Below, piece after piece: positions 36,354 to 45,300 of a DNA stretch of 57,895 nt. Every line of letters begins with the position of its first letter. Position 1 is the first letter of the stretch. Origin of the DNA: a virus (taxonomy: Duplodnaviria; Caudoviricetes). Below the pieces are notes generated by a model, which made no database searches, was not told where the DNA came from, and saw only the letters and a list, made by a program, of their open reading frames with translations. The stretch covers positions 1-57,895 of IMG/VR virus record IMGVR_UViG_3300037508_000466; one strand, written 5' to 3'. The position numbers and the translations under genes were made by a program.

Positions 36354-39300
36354 TGGCAAAGCAGCCCACTAAACTACCATCTATTCCTAATCTCAGTCAG
36401 CTATCCGAGGCCGGAAGGGCATTGTCACCGCCTGTTGTCAGTGTCCCTATTGACGAGCTGTCTAAAGAAAGATTGAAACCTAAAAAGGAGCCGGTAACAA
36501 CGCCTCTTGGCAGACCTATAGTTAAGCCATTCGCCCCAGACGTTCAGCAGCGTATTGAGGAGAGGTTATCCGAAGAGGCCGACAAAGAAATAGCGGAAAT
36601 AGACTACTCCGCAGAGCCTATAGATCGCGCTTATCAAATGGATGTTGAAGAGGAGGGGCTTTTAGATGAGGTGTTGGATGATGCTTTTTTGAAGATGACG
36701 GCTCCTGAGCCATTTGTTGAAGACTTAGCGATGGGGGTCAGCTCTCCTGTGAAAAAAAAGCCATCGGCAAAAGACATCACCCGATACTTAAACCTAAACT
36801 TAGGGAAGTATGGCATTGTCTTCGATGTAGATGAGTTGAATAATATAGAGGCTAGGGCTGGCGACAAAAGCATAAAAGTTGATTTGAGTAGCGGGTTCTT
36901 AAAGTCTTCGGAAGGACAGAGGTCGGAAATAAAGAGACTCAAAGATTTCGTTGTCAAGGAGGCTGTTACCCCTGAAGTTGGGGTATCAATCAGTAATGAA
37001 AACCGGATAAAAAATGAGCTCGCACAAGAGCTGGGTGTCAATCAGCGGGAAGCCTATGATGTTTACAATAGGCGCAAGTCAATCAGAAATTTGATTAAAT
37101 ATATCGATGAGAATGAGCAGAATGAAAGCGCAATGGCCTCTCTCGAGAAGAAATACAAAAAGGGCAGGTTTGAACTTTTGCAGGATTTGAAAAAAGAGGC
37201 AGAGGATATATCGCCAACTGCTGATGCATACGAAAGAGATTATATTTTAGAAGTGGATAAAAGACTTGAAGCTCAGGTCAAGGAATCTACAGCCCAGGCG
37301 ATTAAGCTGAGAAATATCGGGGAGTCATTGACAAAGAGTAGTGCAGACAGGTTTAAGGCAGTAACTGGAGTTGACCTAACGCCAGATAATGTTAAGAACT
37401 TAAAGTTTGCTAACAAAGATCAGTACGATTCGGTGGCAGAGATATTGAATGATTACGCTAAAGGCATCGACGTTCAGAAGCAGGCATTCAATAAATATGA
37501 GGATGCCAAAATGTACTTTAATCAAAAGACGAACAAGCAAATCCAAGAGGAAACCGTTGGGTTTATAGAGGGGGTTTCTAATAGCATTAAGAATGCCTAT
37601 TATAGTACTAAAGGTGCTAAGGAGTATGTCAAGTATGCATCAGGACTGATAACCCAAGAGGAAGCCAATAAAAGGATGGCGTACTATAGCTCAAAGCCGC
37701 AGTTGCCGTTGAGCAAGACTCAGTTGATGTTGATGCAGAGAATGGAAGAAGAGGGCACGTTTGATTTTCTCGGATACCTTTCAGATCCTACGGTATTGTT
37801 GCCTGCTGCTACCACCTTAGCTGCCGATGCTCTCACTCAGATGATAACGATGACGGGAGGGGAGATGTTGAGTATTCAGGCTGCGGGTGGTGTCATTGGT
37901 GCTGGCGTAGGGCTTCTCGCCACCAAGACTCCCGCTGGCGCGGCTGCTGGCTTTAGAATGGGGATGTCTGCTGCGGGTACATTCAACGCATATGTTGGCA
38001 ATGTCGTTTCTAATGTGGCATTAGAGGTTGGCTTGAATGTCTTTCAGGCAATGAAAGAGAAATACACCCCAGAACAAATACGCAGAGGCGAGTGGGTCAA
38101 CGATCCCGAAATTGAAGAAAAGGCAATGAAGGGGTTGATTAAGGGCGGTGCTATAGCCGGCACTGAGATTATACTACAGGCTATGCTTGATAAATTCAGG
38201 ATATCATCCATTGCATCTGCCGCCAACAGGGTGTCTAGAACAGTGGTCAAGAACGCAGCGTTTGAAACTATACAGGAGGGGGGTGGAGAGGCCATAGGGC
38301 AGCTTGCTGCATATGGTGAATTGAATGGAAATGAAGTAGTGGCCGAGATGCTTGGTGCCGGGGGGATGGTGGCATCAAACCCATTTGGGTTTTATAGAGA
38401 GGTCTACATGCAGCTTCGCAACAATTACTACGAGGACCTTGCTGATAATATGTCTAAAAGTAGGGCATTCATCAACAACACTGGAGATGATATCAATAAG
38501 GTTCAAGAGTGGACCGGAAACATGAGGAAGCTGGGCAAGATTACCGAGGAAACGGAGCGCAAGATTGTCGAGAACATTGCTGACATCCGTCAGGCTCGCA
38601 TTGCGCTAAGCAGCCTTGATGACACTGATGCGCAGCGGACTAAGACCATCGAGAAGGGCACGAATACCAAGGCAGAAGACAGGCTCGCTGACTTATATGC
38701 CGCCAAGAGGAAGTTAGAGAGAACGCCGGCACTTAATAAGCCATTGCAGCAGTCGATACAGAATGAAATAGACAGCATTGTGCTGAACAAGAAGGTGCCC
38801 AAAGAGGTCCTGAATCTATCGCCCATTATTGGCACTGGACCTGTGTATAAGGTTGATGGCGAGTATGTGGGCAAGAGGTATCTTGATATGATAGTGAAAC
38901 GTATGCCGCCATCGGTTCTGTCTCGCATGAATATTGAGATTGAGAATGACGACGCTATGAGCAGGGCAGTGGCGGAGAAGATTGAAGATGATGTGTCGTT
39001 TAATGCGGCAGACTATGGCGATGACAAGATTACGTTCGTGGCTAACGACCTCGATGGACTGCCCCCGAGGTTTAGAGATAAGGCTAATTACAATAATTCA
39101 ACGCGTAAGTACGAGGTTGAGGTCGACAAGTCGGAATTGGCTAAGCCAAGCAAGGATGTGTCGGATGCTGACTACGAAGCGTTTAAGCAGGGCCAAGTTA
39201 ACGACGATGTCTTGGCGTCTATTGCTGATGATATTAGCGAGGGAAGACGCCCCACTGCTCGACAACTTGAGATATACAATGCCAATAAAGATGCGGTTAA

Positions 39301-42300
39301 TGCTAAAGTTGGCGCTGAGTATACTGTTGTTGACCCGTCTTCAAATTACTTTGGCGCTCTTAGGAAGGTGCAGATGGGTGGAGTGGTGTATGCTAAAAAT
39401 AAAATCACTGGCAGGGTTTATGAGGTCAAAACGAAAAACGCATTAGACTTAGCGTATAACTCAGGGGCAAGGATAACCGCAGAAAAGCCAGTGCGGAAAG
39501 TTTCAGGAGAATTTACAACCCAAATAGTATATGGACAAAAAGCAGCAGAACGAGGTAACAGACTCTTTAATGAGCCCATCCCGGAAGTTTCGAAAATTGC
39601 GGATAGATATTTTGAAGCAACTTTCGGAAGACCGCGCCCGCGCTGGTATGGCTCGAGAAAACTCGACAAAGAAAGGGCGAAAAGAATAGCGAAAGCGTAT
39701 GAAGAGATGGAGGACAATCCACTCGACCCAATGGTGAAGGCGGCTTATGAGGCATTGGCAAATGAAACCATGGCGCAGTATAGGTATATGCTCGACGCTG
39801 GCTATGTCATTGAAATCAATAATGAAGAGCCGTACACAAGCTCTGCTGATATGATTGCCGATGTCAGGGACAATAAAAGAATGAAGATATATTCTACCGA
39901 ATCTGGATACGGGAATGAGGGCATAACTCCAGAGCAGAGAGAGAGGAACATTCTTTTGCATGACTCCGGTTATAAAGATGTCAACGGACAGACGCTGCTG
40001 GTCAATGACGTGTTTAGGGCTGTTCACGATTTCTTTGGTCATGCTGCATTGGGAAATTCATTTGGAGCCACTGGTGAAGAGAACGCATGGAATCTTCACG
40101 CGAGGATGTATTCTCCATTGGCAAGACAGGCTGCAACAGCGGAACTTAGAGGCCAGAACTCATATACCAATTTTTCTGGCGTTAATGAAAGAATGGAGGC
40201 TCTAAGACAGGAGGCGGCAAAGCTAAGAGAAGAAGGTAAGTTCGATGAAGCGGCGGCTATAGTTCAAAAGGTGTATGACACCATTAAGTTTGCTGAGCAG
40301 AAGCAGGGATTATTACCGGAGGAGTTCTCAATGGTAGATGAGTCTGATACCGGTGACGAGAAGTTCATGCTAATAGTTGACGGACAAGAGGTGTTAAGCC
40401 CAGAGGGGGTTGATGAGTTCAAGAAGTTTGCTGCGTCAGTGGCCTCTAGGATTGGCATTAGCGTTGAGTTTATAAACGATGAAAGGGCTTTATTCAAAGG
40501 AAAGTACATACCCTCTAAAAAAAGGGCTGTCATTAACTTGGCCTACGCCAATGCTGAGACCGTTTTTCATGAGATACTCGGGCACCCGATCATTGAAGCT
40601 ATGCGCAATGACCCTGAGTATAGTGAGTTGTATGAAAATTTGAAGAATGAAATAGAGACGACTGAATTGGGGCAAGAGGTATTGAGCAATGTAAAAAATA
40701 AGTATAAGTTTGAAGATCCGGATGATTACATTGATGAGGCGATAGTCACATTGCTTGGCATAATGACTGACAAGGTGTTTAAGGAAAAGCAAAACACTAA
40801 GTTATTGGGAATGCTTAAGGAGATGCTGAAAAAAATGGCAAGTTTTGTTCAGTCTCTGGTAAAAAATGACTTTATACTTTTGAGCGACATTCCGTCAAAC
40901 GCCACCATTAAAGATATTGCTACTATAATAGGCGCGTCGGAGTCGAAAATAGTACTGCCAAGAGAAGGACTATCCAAAAGGCTTAGTGGGGATGCGCTCT
41001 TAAATGCCCAGGATTTATCTAATGAGCTGCTTGATAATGGTGCCAAAATAGACGCGGATGGCTTAGTGACGGTTTATCATAGAACGACAGATGATAAAAA
41101 AGCGCAAATAGAACAATCCGGCATAATGCTTGGATTAGAGGATGGCCTTTTCTTTTCTACGAAAGAAAGTGGACAGGCGGAAGGCTATGGAGATGCTGTG
41201 ATACAATTAAGGATTCCTATTGAGAAGCTACAACTTGACGATACTTTTGGCGATGAGGCTCATGTCAGAATCCCTACATCCAAGCCAAGGCAATCTGTAG
41301 ATGTTTCTGCTTATTTGACTCAGCCTACAAGCGAAGAGATAGGCATGCGCGACGGAAGGGAAATGTACCAAGTAGAGGGGTGGCACGGGTCTCCTTACGA
41401 ATTTGATAAGTTTACAACTGAAAAGATAGGCACGGGAGAAGGAGCGCAGGCATTTGGCTGGGGGCTGTACTTTACGGACTTGAAGAGTATTGCGGAGATG
41501 TATGCAAAAAAGCTATCGGGGGACGAGTATTCTTATGACGGAAAATTAATAAGCAAAGATGCCTACAGTTACTTATTTCTTGCGGATGACAGTTATGGAG
41601 ATAATTTTAACGAAAACACGATAAGGGATATTGCTAAAGTAGCAATAAACAAGATAAAAAAAGAATACATACCTGACTTAAAGGAAATTGCCAAAACGTC
41701 TCGCTCTGAAAAACAGAGAAGTGAGATGCCTAATGAAATAAAAAAACTAAAGGGTATTATTAAAGAACTTGAGAACATAATATCTAGCAAGGAAATTAAG
41801 TTAGAAAAGAACAAGATGCTCTACAAGGTAACACTCCACAAGGGGAAGACCCCTGACCAATACGATTGGCTGGAGTGGGATAAGCCGATTAGCGATTTAA
41901 ATAGAAATAAAATTAACTCGCAATTTGAAAAAGAAAATTTACCTAAAGAAGTAAGTGATTCGGGTGCAAATGAAACTATGCGTCTTTTGGGCAAAAAGAC
42001 AGACTATAAAATATATAGGCCACGACCAATATCAGGCAGTGGAAAAGATTTCTATAATGATTTAACGAAATACTTTTATGAAAGTGGTATAAAAAATCCA
42101 CAAAAAGAAGCCTCTTTATTTTTACTTCGCGCTGGAATTGATGGCGTAAAATACCCCGCAGAGAGTATAGCACGAGGCGTAACAAGCGATACCGCTAGAG
42201 GCTTCAACTATGTTGTGTTTGACGAAAATGCCATTACCATAGATGATCGCACTCAATTTCAAAAGACATCTGAAATGGAGGGGGCATCTCAGGAGTATGT

Positions 42301-45300
42301 TGAGAAAGTGCTGTCGACAATGATGGCCAAGTTCAATGTGCCGTATCAGATAGTAAACGAGCCATCAGACAGCAGGCTTGGGTGGACTAGCTGGGACTCC
42401 ATGGGCAACCCAACGGTGTACGTCAACATGGCGCAGAAAGTGGGGTTTGACACCCCTATTCACGAATATGGACACGTTTTCATTCATATGATTAAGAATG
42501 GGAATAAGAATGCATGGTCTCAGATATTAAAAGAGCTGAAATATGGTGATGGCAAGCAAGAGCTTGAAAGAGTAAAGCGAGAATATCCTGAGCTAGATGA
42601 ATCGGGGGCTTTCATGGAAGCCGCAGCATCTCTGCTCGGTAAATATGGCGCTGAACAACTAGACCCGAAGACAGGTGAGTATAGACTGGCAGAAAAAATA
42701 TGGACTGCTGTAAAGCAGGTTATAAATGATTTCTTGAAAGCATCGGGAATCAAATATAAGTTAAATGTGGCCCAAGTACCTGCAAGCATCAACGCTGCTA
42801 GTACATTGCAAATGCTTTCTCTGTTGTTGACTGACCCTGATTTTAGTCTTACCGGGGGCGGGGTTGGTATGGCTAAGGTACCGTTTCAGCTTTCTGCCGA
42901 GGCAAACAATATGCTGCAATATATTTCAAATAGGTTTGAATCAACTATTGTTTCATCGGATTCTTATGAACAAACCAAATTTATATTTAGCATCAAAAGT
43001 TTGAATAGATTTAGGAATCAAGTAGTAAACAAGAGATTTAGGGAAAAGAATAATAAGTTTGTAGAAGCTCTTAAAAATAAATCCGATAGGAATCTTCTTA
43101 TTGATGTGCTTAAGAATGTCCGCCAAATACTTGATGATAACGAACACAATTCAGGTCCTCTCCATGACGTAGAATTATTAAGAGCTTTTAGTGAGCTAGA
43201 TCGGCTAAGCGTTCATAGTTATGGGTATTCAGATGCCGTGTCTTTTCTGGGTGATTTATTTTTAATTCATCACGGAAATTTGTTAAAAATATTACGCAAT
43301 TCAGTTCTTAAATATCCGCCTGCTATGCTCGGGTTAATGAATTTACGGCGGCTTATATCCGGGTCGAATTTTGATGATGTTTCTACCCAAGACAATAAAG
43401 CAGTACGCACATTTTTAATGCCAAATAAGGGCGAAGATGTTTTTGCTGATATAATCAGTAGTATTGAACTTGATGAAATTACCGAGTTTACTGACGAAGA
43501 TTCGGCTAATCAGGATTTAGTGAATTATATAGCTGAAGATTTTGCAACTTTAACTGCTATGAGGGGCCTTTCCATGACTCGTTATGCTCAAGAAACTTAT
43601 ATTAGGGTTGGAAGTGGCGACCCTATAAATACTCTTGCCAGCACCTATTATGTGGCCACGAACGTAAGCGGCGATTTTAATCTGTCAGATGCGATATACC
43701 GGGATCCAAGTCGTCTAGCGATGTCGGAGGAGTTTGATGATTTAATATTAGGGAATATTTATGGATTTTCTGCTGACTATGTGCTTGTTGATTTGCTTAC
43801 CGGTGATGCGGGGAAGGTTCTCCCATCCGATGACTCAGTCATAGAGTCTGTAAAAAATGCCCTTACGTCTAGAGAAAAGGAGGCATACGATAATAGTGCG
43901 GCAAATCAGGCTTCAAATTACAGGAAGGGTACATTCGAATATTTCCATAAAGGAACGAATAGGATGGAGGGCATAGAGGTTACTGGAAATTATAGTGAAT
44001 ACAACAAATCAATAGGGATTAGCTTTACTAACAATGGACCGACTTATAGTGGGTATACAGATAATAAAGCAGGTATGACTGTAATGCCACTTGTCGTCAA
44101 GAAGATCATAGAGATGTTCTCTGACGTTGAGTATGACTCTATAAATTTCACGCCCTTAAGCAATGATGGCGTTAATCAAAAAATAAAACAAGATTCTCAG
44201 GGCAAAAATGTGAACAACAGGCTAAACATGTACAACGTGTATGCAATAAGGCTATTTGGAGAGTATAGTCTTATTAAAATAGATGATGATTATCAGCGTT
44301 CAATTCCAATACCTGAAGTATTCAAGACCAAGGTATTAAGAGACGTGGTTCAGGACCAACGGCCTTCATCTAGCAACACGGAATGGGCTGTTAATAGTGC
44401 GCCGAGCAATGTAGTGGAGCTTGCTAAGTTTCTCAATCATGCCTTCCCGGGAGTAGAGGTATTCATGAGTGCAGATGAGTTCAATAGGATGCGTGAGAAC
44501 GGGGAACTCGATATGGTTGGCGAAGTGTATGGCATGACAAAAGATGGGAAGATTTATATCAACCCAGATGTTCATAACTCGGAGTCAGAGCTGTTTAACA
44601 CCTTAATCCATGAGTTTGGGCACATATGGCTGAACTACATCAAGGTCCACAACAGCGCACTCTATGCGCGTGGTATCGAGTTGGTCAAGTCAACCAAAGA
44701 GTACAAGGCAGAATTAGCTAAGGGCAAGTCGCCTAATCAGGCAGCGGATGAAGCACTCGCCATCATCATCGGAAACCGGGGAGCAGAGGTAGTAAACCCG
44801 AAGATGAAAAACTGGCTTAAGTCTTTATGGAGGTACATCACGAAGTATCTGGGCCCTATTGAAACCATGACGCTCGATGACTTCATCAACACGGCTCTTA
44901 GTGACCTGTTGAGTGGCAAGCCAATACCACAGTCATCAGAAGCGTTTGAGGTCACGCTCATCCCTAATCCTCAGTTTAGAGAGGACAGAGATATCATAGA
45001 CATCGTGAGGGACGCTAGAGATAGAGGGTATACAGATGATGCGATTAAAAGGTATCTGCAAATCAATAAGTATGAACAGGACGACATAACCATGTTTATG
45101 AGTGGCCTCGGGAATGTTATTACCAACATAAAATCCCCTGAACTAATGCCATTTCCTCCTGCGTTTGCCAATGTGCCAGGAGGATACCACGAGGGGCTGG
45201 CGGTGTGGAATAGAGTGAGAACGGTAGGTGTAGACCTATACAGAAACAGGAAGAAGCGCAAGGCTATAAAGGGGCAAAAAGGTCTTGGAGATACTATTGT

